64,000 bases of DNA from Phycisphaeraceae bacterium. Its GTDB lineage: Bacteria > Planctomycetota > Phycisphaerae > Phycisphaerales > Phycisphaeraceae. Location of the stretch: assembly GCA_963674705.1 (NCBI GenBank), contig OY771506.1:960001-1024000 (forward strand), read 5' to 3'. Below are positions 29,752 through 38,882 of this stretch, one piece after another; positions within the stretch are counted from its first letter, which is position 1, and each line of letters starts with the position of its first letter. Both the position numbers and the translations under genes were made by a program. The notes below the pieces were generated by a model, which was not told where the DNA came from, did no database searches, and was given only the letters and a program-made list of their open reading frames with translations.

Positions 29752-29840
29752 TTAACAGGGTTGAACACGGATACTCAGATAAGATCAGATTATTGGATTA
29801 AATTCACATCCGTGTTTATCTGTGTTCATCACTGTTAATA
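29752..29840. repeat. MITE-like inverted repeat element, copy 2
   Basis: TTAACAGGGTTGAACACGGAT ... ATCCGTGTTTATCTGTGTTCATCACTGTTAA. Confidence 0.75.
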
Positions 29841-29863
29841 GTGAATTCTGTGATAACGGGAAT

Positions 29864-30589
29864 TCATGGTCGCCAATCATTGCCGTACCACTTCACCATC
29901 GCCGGATCGTTTTGGCCTATCTGTTCAAACGCGCGGATGCGCAGCAGGCAGGAATCACAATGGCCGCAGGGTCTACCCGAGTTATCCGGATCGTAGCAGG
30001 AGTGGGTCAGGCTGTAGTCGACGCCGAGTTCCAGGCCTTTCTGGATGATGTCGGTTTTGGGCAGGTCGATCAGGGGGGTGTGGATGTTGAGTTTGTGGCC
30101 CTCGACGCCGGCCTTGGTGGCGAGGTTGGCCATGTGCTCGAAGGCTTTGATGTATTCGCCGCGGCAGTCGGGATAGCCGGAGTAATCCACCGCGTTGACG
30201 CCAATGAAAAGGTCCGTGCTTTCAAGCACCTCGGCGACGGCGAGGGCGTAGCTGAGGAAAATCGTGTTGCGTGCGGGGACATAGGTAACGGGGATGCCGT
30301 GGCTCATGGCTTCGCCGTCGCGGTCCTTAGGCACATCGATCGCATCGGTCAGCGCCGAGCCGCCTAAGCTGCGCAGGTCGATATTGATCCAGCGGTGACT
30401 GACGACGCCAAGCTGGTCGGCCACGCGATGAGCCGCGTCGATTTCAGTTTTATGCCGTTGGCCGTAGTCGAAACTCAGCGCGTGGCAGGCGTAGCCCTGC
30501 GCGTTGGCGATGGCGAGGCAGGTCGCGGAATCGAGCCCGCCGGAGAGGAGGACGATCGCCGGGGGTGATTGTGAATCTGTTGATTTCAT
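29864..30589 (-). CDS. queC: 7-cyano-7-deazaguanine synthase
   Basis: SGGLDS, DYGQRH, YVPARN, YPDCR, SCY...CGHCDSC. Confidence 0.97.
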   Translation of the reverse strand: MKSTDSQSPPAIVLLSGGLDSATCLAIANAQGYACHALSFDYGQRHKTEIDAAHRVADQLGVVSHRWINIDLRSLGGSALTDAIDVPKDRDGEAMSHGIPVTYVPARNTIFLSYALAVAEVLESTDLFIGVNAVDYSGYPDCRGEYIKAFEHMANLATKAGVEGHKLNIHTPLIDLPKTDIIQKGLELGVDYSLTHSCYDPDNSGRPCGHCDSCLLRIRAFEQIGQNDPAMVKWYGNDWRP

Positions 30590-30597
30590 GACAGTAA

Positions 30598-30687
30598 AAA
30601 TCTGGAAACCTGGAAACCTGGAAAACTAGAAATAAAGAATTTTCACCTGTACCGCATTGTACTATTTCCAGTTTTCTAGTTTTCTAG
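30598..30687. repeat. CTGGAAA(A)C tandem/inverted repeat element
   Basis: CTGGAAACCTGGAAACCTGGAAAACTAGAAATA ... TATTTCCAGTTTTCTAGTTTTCTAG; overlaps the pdxA stop. Confidence 0.7.
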
Positions 30688-31739
30688 CATTTGTTTTCCC
30701 CCGTCATCTGCACCGCCAGCCTGATCGCGGCCTTCATGCTGCCGGCATCGGCCTGGTTTTTACCGACGAGGTCGAACGCGGTGCCGTGGTCGGGGCTGGT
30801 GCGGATGATGGGCAGGCCGAGTGTGACGTTGACGGCCTCATCAAACCCTATCAGTTTGACGGGGATCAGGCCCTGGTCGTGATACATCGCGACGACGAGG
30901 TCGTACTGGCCGGCGAGGGCGGACATGAAGATCGTGTCGCCGGGGAACGGGCCGCGCGCGTCGATGTCGTGGCTGCGCGCCGCTTCGATGGCGGGCGAGA
31001 TGATGCGTGCTTCCTCGTCGCCGAACTGGCCGTTCTCTGATGCATGAGGATTTAATCCGCAGACTGCGATGCGTGGTTTTGCGATACCAAGCCGCTGACA
31101 GAACTGATTGCCGAGGTCGATCGGGTTGTAGACAGCGCCGATGGTCAGCGTGTTGCGCAGGTCCATCAAGGGCAGGTGCACGCTCGCCAGCGCGACGCGG
31201 AGCTTGGGTGACTCAAACGCCATGACGACGCGCTTGGCTTTGGTGCGCTGCGCAAACATCTCAGTGTGACCGGGGAATCGGCAGCCGGCCATCTTCCAGG
31301 ATTCCTTGCAGATCGGCGCGGTGACGACGGCATCGACCCCCGCCTCATCGATCGGGCGCTGCGCGGCAGCGATGGCGTCGTCGATAAAGTTCAGGCTCGC
31401 TTGTCCTCCCTGGCGGGTCGGCCGATGCACCGCGGAACCGAGCTGGCTGTATTCATCGTAATCCAGCACGACGATGTCGTGCGTCAGGCTGAACTCAGTG
31501 CGCGGGGAGTCGTGCTGGATCCGCCACCAGAACGGCTCGATCTCCGCGAGGTCGGCGGCGTAGGCCAAAAGTTCATTCATCCCGAAGATGACATAACGGG
31601 CGAGTTTTCGGATCTCCGGGTCCGCCAGTGCTTTGACCACGACCTCGGGGCCGATCCCCGCCGGATCGCCCATGGTGATACCGATCACGGGTTTTCGCCG
31701 CGCGGCCGCTGATTCAGGCTGATTCGTTGCTCCAGACAC
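30684..31739 (-). CDS. pdxA: 4-hydroxythreonine-4-phosphate dehydrogenase
   Basis: TMGDPAGIGPE, FPGHTE, GLNPHA, MYHDQGL, RTSPDHGTAFD. Confidence 0.96.
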   Translation of the reverse strand: MSGATNQPESAAARRKPVIGITMGDPAGIGPEVVVKALADPEIRKLARYVIFGMNELLAYAADLAEIEPFWWRIQHDSPRTEFSLTHDIVVLDYDEYSQLGSAVHRPTRQGGQASLNFIDDAIAAAQRPIDEAGVDAVVTAPICKESWKMAGCRFPGHTEMFAQRTKAKRVVMAFESPKLRVALASVHLPLMDLRNTLTIGAVYNPIDLGNQFCQRLGIAKPRIAVCGLNPHASENGQFGDEEARIISPAIEAARSHDIDARGPFPGDTIFMSALAGQYDLVVAMYHDQGLIPVKLIGFDEAVNVTLGLPIIRTSPDHGTAFDLVGKNQADAGSMKAAIRLAVQMTGENKC

Positions 31740-31877
31740 ATATACATCCTAACAGCATGCGTCGATTACGGGGTAACAGGCGTACTAAAGGGTTTTGGCG
31801 GGTGTTATGTAATCTGTTTTCCCGCCGTTCTATTATTCCCGTTTTCCTGCTTCTGTCCGATCCCCTACCATGTGGGT

Positions 31878-32954
31878 ATGACAGACAACCTTAAAGATGC
31901 CGGTGCGCCACCGGTCGCGGTGATTGGTGTTGGGCGGATGGGCAAGCACCACGCCCGCACGTATAAGCAGATGCCCGAAGCCGATCTCGTGGCGGTGGTT
32001 GATGCCGATGAGGATCGGGCGCATACCGTTGCGGACGAGTACGGCTGTGCGGCATATACGTGTGTCGATGCGATGCTGGCGGCCCACCCGGATATCAAAG
32101 CGGTAACCGTCGCGGTTCCTACACAATACCACCGGGCGGCCGCCGAGCCGTTACTTGAACGTCGTATCGCCTGCCTGATCGAGAAGCCGTTGGCGCCTTC
32201 GATCGCAGACGCACATGCCCTGGTCGATTGTGCGGACAGGCACAAGGCGGTGCTTCAGGTCGGTCACACCGAGCGTTTCAACCCGGCCGTCCGCGCCGCC
32301 GAGGCATTGAACTTCAAGGCACGATTTCTGGAAGTCGATCGCGTGAGCCCGATGACGTTCCGCTCGCTGGATGTGGGTGTCGTGATGGACATGATGATCC
32401 ACGACCTGGATATCGTGCTGATGCTCGCCAAGAGCCCGATCAAGAAAGTGGAGGCGGCGGGCGTGGCGGTGCTGGGCAGCCATGAAGACGTGGCGGGAGC
32501 ACGTATCGTTTTTGAGAACGGTTGTGTCGCGAACATTAAAGCCTCGCGCCTTGCGTTGAAAACCGAGCGCAAGCTGCGCGTCTTTTCGGAGAACGGCTAC
32601 ATCAGCCTTAACTACCAGTCGCGTGAAGGCATCGTCATCCATACGACCGGTGACAACAGCGAGGCGCTTTTGAAGATCCGTGAACAAGTCGCCCAGGGAT
32701 TGGACCTGTCCGACCTCGACTACCACGACCTGATCCAGGTGGAAGAACTGACGTTCGACCTGCCGCCGGGCGAAGAGGACCAACTTACCGCCGAGCAAAG
32801 AAACTTCCTGCATGCGGCCTGCCATGGCAGCCGGCCCGCAGTTGACGGTGCAGCCGGTTACGCCGCTGTCGACGCCGCCGAGCGCGTGATCCGCGCGATC
32901 AAAGAGCATACGTGGGAAGGTTTGGAAGGATCGTCATTGATACTGGATAGTTGA
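31878..32954 (+). CDS. Gfo/Idh/MocA-family oxidoreductase
   Basis: VIGVGRMG, IEKP, VGHTERFNPA, DMMIHDLD. Confidence 0.92.
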   Translation: MTDNLKDAGAPPVAVIGVGRMGKHHARTYKQMPEADLVAVVDADEDRAHTVADEYGCAAYTCVDAMLAAHPDIKAVTVAVPTQYHRAAAEPLLERRIACLIEKPLAPSIADAHALVDCADRHKAVLQVGHTERFNPAVRAAEALNFKARFLEVDRVSPMTFRSLDVGVVMDMMIHDLDIVLMLAKSPIKKVEAAGVAVLGSHEDVAGARIVFENGCVANIKASRLALKTERKLRVFSENGYISLNYQSREGIVIHTTGDNSEALLKIREQVAQGLDLSDLDYHDLIQVEELTFDLPPGEEDQLTAEQRNFLHAACHGSRPAVDGAAGYAAVDAAERVIRAIKEHTWEGLEGSSLILDS

Positions 32955-32984
32955 TTTGGAAGAAGCGATGAAGTGTGAGTGCTG

Positions 32985-33093
32985 AATTTATGATTTGGGA
33001 TGTGTGATTTATAATTTACATGCGCAGGTCGACACCGGATGCCGCCCTGTTTTATTTTCTGCTTTCCCAATTTTCTGCTTTTCTGATTTTTCC
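32985..33093. repeat. Partial modular repeat (GATTT block plus TTTTCTGC units)
   Basis: ATTTATGATTTGGGATGTGTGATTT and TTTTCTGCTTT; similar partial copy at 35421-35527. Confidence 0.6.
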
Positions 33094-33095
33094 TC

Positions 33096-34406
33096 ATGGC
33101 CCTGCCTACCATCATGCTACTGAGCCTGCCGGTGCTGCTTGTGCTCAGCGGTTTTTTTTCCGGCAGTGAAACGGCGCTGTTCAGTTTGTCACAACACGAG
33201 CGGCTGAAGATGCAGGCGTCGGGGACGCTCGCCGGCTCGGTCATCACGACGCTGCTTGCCGAAACACGATCGCTGCTCATCACGCTGCTCTTGGGCAACA
33301 TGACCGTGAATGTGCTGTACTTCGTGATCAGCACGCAGTTGCTTATCTATGCAGGTAAAAATGAACTGGTTGCTCCATGGTTGCTGGGCGTGGCGAGTCT
33401 TGCGCCGCTGCTGCTGATCATCCTGCTGGGCGAAGTGTTGCCTAAACTGATCGCGGCGCGTTCCGCGGCCATGTGTGCAAGCCTCGCGGCCGTACCGCTT
33501 CTGACCGTCCACCGTGTGTTGACGCCGATCAGGCTTATCGCCTCGGGCCTGATTATCACACCACTTGCACGCCTGATCGCGCCATCCAAACGCCCCGAAG
33601 CCCTGACGCCGGACGAACTGGAAACCCTGCTGGACCTCAGCCGAAAGCAAGGCGTGATCGATCCACAGGAACAACGCATGCTCCGACAGGTGCTCGAACT
33701 GGGTCAGGTCAAAGTAGATGAACTGAAAACGCCACGCGTCGATATCGAGGCGTTTGACCTTAATGATGATCCGTCTGAATTAACCGATCTTTTCAAACGT
33801 ACAAACCTGCGGCAGGTCCCCGCTTATCGTGGTGACCTTGACCATATCGAGGGCTTTATCACCGCGCGCCGTGCGCTGCTTTACCCGCCGGGTTCTCGAT
33901 TGGAAATAAACACGCTGATCGAACCCACCATGTTTGTGCCACAGCAGCAGCGAGCCGACCAGTTGCTTGCCCAGTTCCGTGAAGAAGCCAAGACGATTGC
34001 CGTCGTGGTTGATGAATACGGCGGGACGGCGGGGCTGATCACCATCGAAGATGTCGCGGAGCACCTGGTCGGCGACATCGCCGGCGCGTACTACGACGGC
34101 TCCGAGTTGATGGTCGAACAGGTCGAGCCCGGTTGCTGGCGCGTCAGCGCAGAACTATCTACGCGCGATTGGGCGCAGGCATTCGGACAGATCGTGCCGG
34201 CCGACGTGCTTAAAACACTGGGCGCGGTCCATACGCTGGGCGGGTTGGTCATGGCCGGACTCGGTCGGGCTGCGGAGATCGGCGATCAACTGACGATCGG
34301 CAACCTCGAGCTGCAAGTCGATTCGCTAGACGGCCGACGCATCGAATACATCACCGTCCGGCTCGCGGGCGCCACGCCAAGCAACAAGGGGGCTAGCGAT
34401 GATTGA
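33096..34406 (+). CDS. CNNM/CorC-HlyC (DUF21-CBS) membrane protein
   Basis: FFSGSETALFSL, LLGN, GEVLPK, CBS pair with VVDEYGGTAGLITIED, C-terminal transporter-associated domain. Confidence 0.92.
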   Translation: MALPTIMLLSLPVLLVLSGFFSGSETALFSLSQHERLKMQASGTLAGSVITTLLAETRSLLITLLLGNMTVNVLYFVISTQLLIYAGKNELVAPWLLGVASLAPLLLIILLGEVLPKLIAARSAAMCASLAAVPLLTVHRVLTPIRLIASGLIITPLARLIAPSKRPEALTPDELETLLDLSRKQGVIDPQEQRMLRQVLELGQVKVDELKTPRVDIEAFDLNDDPSELTDLFKRTNLRQVPAYRGDLDHIEGFITARRALLYPPGSRLEINTLIEPTMFVPQQQRADQLLAQFREEAKTIAVVVDEYGGTAGLITIEDVAEHLVGDIAGAYYDGSELMVEQVEPGCWRVSAELSTRDWAQAFGQIVPADVLKTLGAVHTLGGLVMAGLGRAAEIGDQLTIGNLELQVDSLDGRRIEYITVRLAGATPSNKGASDD

Positions 34407-35394
34407 CCTACAGATCATCATCTGGTCGCTGTTGATGCTCGTCGGCTTCGCGGGTTCGGCGTTGTACTCCGGCATGGAGACCGGCGCGTACAGCCTTAAC
34501 CGTATCAGGCTGCATGTGTTGACCCAACACGGCGTACATTCGGCACGCACACTCGATTATCTGCTGGCACGCCCCACCACGCTGCTGACCACCCTGCTGA
34601 TAGGCAATAACATCACCAACTACCTCGGTGCTGCGGCTTTGGGGGTGATCCTGGAAACCATGGCATTCGGCGAGTGGGAAGTCATCCTGCTTAATGCGCT
34701 GATCGTCACGCCGATCCTGTTCGTGGTCGGTGAAACGCTGCCGAAGGACCTGTTCGCTGTGCACTGCGATCGGCTTATGTACAAGCTGGCGCCGGCGCTT
34801 AACTTCTCTCGGCTGCTGTTTACCTATACAGGGTTCGTGCCGTTGATTTCGTTATTCAGCGGCGCCGCGATGAAAGCGATCGGGCAGGACCCACGTTCAC
34901 CGGCGTTTCACCCGCGCCGACAAGTCAGCCTGCTCGTGCGCGAGGGTGTGGGATACGGTCTGCTAAGTCATGAACAATCCGTGCTGGCCAGCCGGGTACT
35001 GAAGCTTTCCGATCAGACGGTGCAGGACAAGATGCTGCCTTGGACCAGTGTTGAACGCCTGCGAATGCAGGATGGTCCGGAGGCGATCTGGCACATGGCT
35101 CAACGCATTACACATTCGCACGTACCCGTGCTGGAGCGCAGCGGCGAAGTCGCCGGCGTGCTCCGCATCAATGATGCGCTGATCTACGGGAAAGACAACT
35201 GCCCCCCCATCACGGAATTGATTAAACCCGCGCACACCCTGTCACAGGATTTGCCTATCCGCGAGGCACTAAGTGATATTAAGCGACACACATCAGGCCT
35301 GGCGATTGTGATGGGCAAGGCGGATCAACCCATCGGCATCGTCACCATCAAAGACCTGATCGAATCCATCACCGGAGAATTGAGGCAGTGGTGA
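34399..35394 (+). CDS. Second CNNM (DUF21-CBS) protein lacking the CorC C-terminal domain
   Basis: YSGMETG, LLIGNN, GETLPK, GIVTIKDLIE. Confidence 0.88.
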   Translation: MIDLQIIIWSLLMLVGFAGSALYSGMETGAYSLNRIRLHVLTQHGVHSARTLDYLLARPTTLLTTLLIGNNITNYLGAAALGVILETMAFGEWEVILLNALIVTPILFVVGETLPKDLFAVHCDRLMYKLAPALNFSRLLFTYTGFVPLISLFSGAAMKAIGQDPRSPAFHPRRQVSLLVREGVGYGLLSHEQSVLASRVLKLSDQTVQDKMLPWTSVERLRMQDGPEAIWHMAQRITHSHVPVLERSGEVAGVLRINDALIYGKDNCPPITELIKPAHTLSQDLPIREALSDIKRHTSGLAIVMGKADQPIGIVTIKDLIESITGELRQW

Positions 35395-35528
35395 GCAATA
35401 GGCTTGAGGCGTGTAACTTGATTTATGATTTAGGATGGATGATTGATGATTTGTGGTAAAAGCCCGGCACGATAGTACTGTATTTTATTTCTGCTTTTCT
35501 GGTTTTTCTGCGTTTCCTGCTTTTTCTT

Positions 35529-36167
35529 ATGTGGTCCACCGCTGACATTGCCGACGCCATCGAAGCCGGATTGAAGCGCTGCGCTGATGAGGCCGACCTT
35601 GAGCAGGCGGTATACGGCATCGACGCGCTGGATGAACTGGGATTACACCCGTTAATCGAACGCGCTCTACAGGATCATGACTTCGGCGTGCTGCGTGAGC
35701 AGCGGTATCCGGACGATCGGCATAAAACCCGCCGCAGCGAGGGGCAGCGTTGCGACATCGTACTCACGCCCAATGGTCTGCCGCTGCGCGATCCGCTGAT
35801 TAAAGGCACGCTCTTCGATGATGCGCCGGCCGCCGATCCGGATGAGGCTTACTGGCTGGAGGTCAAGAGTGTCGCGCAGTTCGAGACGTCCGGGCCTTTT
35901 CCAAGATACGCTTCTGAATTGCTCTCGCCGGTCGTGAAGGACATCAAGAAGGTATGGTCCGACGGTATCATCCGCCATGGCGGGTTGCTGCTGGTGCTTT
36001 TCACCATGAACCAGGAGGTCGCCGAACACGACCTGGCAACCTGGCACACACGCTGTCTGGATAAGGGTTATCCGGTCGGCACACCGGCCGTGCGCGGGTT
36101 CGAATTGAACGATCGCATCGGCAACGGGTGGTGTGCTATCGCTTTATTCGGTATACGCGGGGGCTAA
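35529..36167 (+). CDS. Hypothetical protein with PD-(D/E)XK nuclease-like motifs
   Basis: LDELGLH...VLREQRYP...RCDIVL...WLEVK. Confidence 0.6.
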   Translation: MWSTADIADAIEAGLKRCADEADLEQAVYGIDALDELGLHPLIERALQDHDFGVLREQRYPDDRHKTRRSEGQRCDIVLTPNGLPLRDPLIKGTLFDDAPAADPDEAYWLEVKSVAQFETSGPFPRYASELLSPVVKDIKKVWSDGIIRHGGLLLVLFTMNQEVAEHDLATWHTRCLDKGYPVGTPAVRGFELNDRIGNGWCAIALFGIRGG

Positions 36168-36234
36168 CCCGATCTTCACCCACATTCAACTTATCGAATA
36201 TGGTAGAATCGCCGATCCCCCGAATGAGCCCGCC

Positions 36235-38331
36235 ATGCAATCCCCCACTGAACCCAACGAACACCGAATGACTGAGTCCGCACGCCTGTGGAGCAGGCGT
36301 CTGAGCGCAGCGGTTCTGGTGGGTGTGCTCGCCGGGTTGGGGGCGGCGGTGCTGGAATGGATCATCGAGGAAGGATCGTCCCTGCTGGTCGGGCGCTTCA
36401 CACATGTCAGCGGACCGGATGTGATCCACTTCGACTGGCGTGTGTTGCTGCTGCCGGCGGTGGGATGTCTGGTCGCGGGGCTGATCGTGCAATTGTTTGC
36501 AGGCGACGAGAAGGGGCACGGCGTAGACCAACTCACGCGGGCCTTTCACCAGCGGCTCGGTCGGATGAAGTTCCGCAATCCATCGATCAAGACCGCAGCG
36601 ACCGGGCTGGTGATTTCCTGTGGCGGATCGGTCGGGCCGGAGGGGCCTATCGCAGCGATGGGTTCGGCGATCGGCGCTACCGTCGCAAAGTATGCCAGAT
36701 TCTCACCACGCGAAACACGCATCCTACTGCTTGCCGGTTGTGCCGCAGGCATCGGCGCGATCTTCCGTTGTCCGTTGGGCGGCGCACTGTTTGCCACGGG
36801 CATCATCTACCGCGAGCCGGAATTTGAATCCAACGCGATTGTCAGCTCGTTTGTCGCATCTGTGATCGGTTATTCAACGTATGTTTCTATCTGGGGCGCC
36901 GATCATCCGCTGCTGGCATCGGTCGATACGTTGACATATGACTCCCCAACCTATCTGTTCTGGTACGTGATACTTGGCCCGCTCTGCGGTCTGGCGGCGA
37001 TCTTGTTTTCCATTTCGCTGCGTTTCGTCGAAAACTGGGCGGTGCCACGTTCAGGTTTACCACGCTGGGCAACGGCGGCTCTTGGCGGGCTCGTCACCGG
37101 TGTGCTTGCGTGCCTGTTGCCACAGGTCATGGACGGCCGACACGGCTTTCTCGAACATGCGATCAACGGCTCGATCTTTACTGATGCAAGTCGAAGCTGG
37201 GCGATGTGGACCGGACTGCTTGTATTGATGATCCTGGCGAAGATCTTCGCCACCGCGGCAACCGTCGGCAGCGGCGCTCCGGGCGGGGTGCTCGGTCCTT
37301 CCGTATTCATCGGCGGCATCATCGGCGCGGCACTCGGCGCATTCGGTATGGCGATGTTCCCCGAGAGCTTCAGCGAACCGCTGCGTGAATCACTGATCCC
37401 GGTCGGGATGGCGGGCGTTCTTGCCGCCACGATGCGTACGCCGTTGGCCGCCATCGTCATGGTCGCGGAGATGACCGGCAGCCACGGGTTGATCGCGCCA
37501 CTGATGCTTGTGTGTGTCACCAGCTACGTCATCGGACGCCGTTGGGGGCTCAACGATGAACAGGTCCCCACTGCCGCACACTCACCCGTCCACGCCGCCG
37601 ACCCCGTCCTGCACCTGCTCGATACGGTGAAGGTCGGCTCGATCATGCAGAAGGACTGGCCGATGGTCGCCGGACCGGATCAGCCGCTTGATGAATTGGT
37701 CAGTAAGGCCGAACCGGGCACGCGCCCCGTGGTCGCAGTCATACGAGATGAGCAACTCATCGGCCTGATCACCGCGTCCGACCTCGGCGCGATCCTCGCT
37801 TCACCCGAGTTGCCCCCCTTCCTCGTGGCTGAAGACGCGATGACAACCAGGCTCAGCACGCTCTACCCGGATGACAGCCTATACGACACGCTGGACCTTT
37901 TCGATCGAACCGCCTACGAGGTCTTGCCCGTGGTCAGCCGTGGTCGGGATCGGCGGTGGTTAGGCATGTTGTCGCGTGCCCAGGTCGCATCGATCCTGCG
38001 GACGGAAATGGAGCGCGTCAGCCGGGCCGTTGCCAAGGAACACGCCGGCCTGCGTGCCTTGCAGACCGATGTGCGCGTCGAACAATTGCTCATGACGATG
38101 CCACAGGAGGACGTGAAGGTCCAGCGCCTGTTCGTCCCGATCGACGTGGTCGGCAAAACGCTGCGCGAATGCCAGTTCCGCAACCGTTACAACGCCGACG
38201 TCATCGCCATTGAAGAACGCGACGGCTCCATCAAATGCCCGCCCCCGATCGATATCCCACTGAAAACCGAGCATCGTCTGCTGGCGGTCGTGCATAAGAA
38301 ACTTGAATCACAAGAAACACGAATCGATTGA
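36235..38331 (+). CDS. ClC-family chloride channel or transporter with a CBS pair and TrkA-C-like domain
   Basis: GHGVD, GGSVGPEGP, AAGIGAIFRCPLGG, GGVLGP, CBS pair, VGKTLRE...YNADVIAI; TGGTAGAAT upstream; ATG 36235 chosen. Confidence 0.9.
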   Translation: MQSPTEPNEHRMTESARLWSRRLSAAVLVGVLAGLGAAVLEWIIEEGSSLLVGRFTHVSGPDVIHFDWRVLLLPAVGCLVAGLIVQLFAGDEKGHGVDQLTRAFHQRLGRMKFRNPSIKTAATGLVISCGGSVGPEGPIAAMGSAIGATVAKYARFSPRETRILLLAGCAAGIGAIFRCPLGGALFATGIIYREPEFESNAIVSSFVASVIGYSTYVSIWGADHPLLASVDTLTYDSPTYLFWYVILGPLCGLAAILFSISLRFVENWAVPRSGLPRWATAALGGLVTGVLACLLPQVMDGRHGFLEHAINGSIFTDASRSWAMWTGLLVLMILAKIFATAATVGSGAPGGVLGPSVFIGGIIGAALGAFGMAMFPESFSEPLRESLIPVGMAGVLAATMRTPLAAIVMVAEMTGSHGLIAPLMLVCVTSYVIGRRWGLNDEQVPTAAHSPVHAADPVLHLLDTVKVGSIMQKDWPMVAGPDQPLDELVSKAEPGTRPVVAVIRDEQLIGLITASDLGAILASPELPPFLVAEDAMTTRLSTLYPDDSLYDTLDLFDRTAYEVLPVVSRGRDRRWLGMLSRAQVASILRTEMERVSRAVAKEHAGLRALQTDVRVEQLLMTMPQEDVKVQRLFVPIDVVGKTLRECQFRNRYNADVIAIEERDGSIKCPPPIDIPLKTEHRLLAVVHKKLESQETRID

Positions 38332-38346
38332 ATCGGTCGAGTAATT

Positions 38347-38715
38347 TTACTTCGTACGATCCGCAGCATTCAGCTTCAACTCGCCGAACTTTTCTTCATA
38401 ACCGCGCACGATCTGGCCGAGCGAGAGGGCGAGGCGCTTGGCGGTGTAGTAGTTCAGGACCAGGCGGTTGTTGACCTGGAAGAGGATGTCCCCCGCGACG
38501 TCGCTGCTCTGGGCTTGCGGATTGGGAACGACCATGTTCAGGCCAAGGTCGACGATCACTTCTTCGCTGGTCGCGTTTGTTTTGAACGCATTGGCATAGT
38601 TACTGCTCATGCCGGACTGGTCGACTCTTAAACGTACCTGTTTACCCATCTGTTGCTGGGCTTGTGCTTCGGGTGAATCGCCGCCGGCCGGCACTTGATC
38701 TGATTTATCCGCCAT
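38347..38715 (-). CDS. DUF3467-like small protein
   Basis: SNYANAF...EEVIVDLG...RLVLNYYTAKRLA..L...YEEKFGEL. Confidence 0.75.
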   Translation of the reverse strand: MADKSDQVPAGGDSPEAQAQQQMGKQVRLRVDQSGMSSNYANAFKTNATSEEVIVDLGLNMVVPNPQAQSSDVAGDILFQVNNRLVLNYYTAKRLALSLGQIVRGYEEKFGELKLNAADRTK

Positions 38716-38790
38716 GTTTGATCTCACAATCCTTTACGGGGTTTGTAACACACTAAAATGTTTGCCCGGGGTGCGGGCGTTTTGATTTAA

Positions 38791-38831
38791 CGAGCCCTCT
38801 CGGATCATCGTATGTGATACGAGAGGGCTCG
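38791..38831 (-). terminator. Strong hairpin between the giant gene and the DUF3467-like gene
   Basis: CGAGCCCTCTCG ... CGAGAGGGCTCG perfect 12-bp stem; weak U tract. Confidence 0.55.
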
Positions 38832-38882
38832 CATTTGTAACCTGGTTTTCAATCAACCGACGAGTAGAGTCAAGCTCCGTTA

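Noticed and set aside
30590..30683. preQ1 riboswitch upstream of queC
   Set aside because: The gap is filled by a CTGGAAAC repeat and I see no preQ1 consensus
33096..35394. CNNM pair as haemolysin toxins
   Set aside because: The DUF21-CBS architecture indicates divalent cation transport; the haemolysin label is a legacy name
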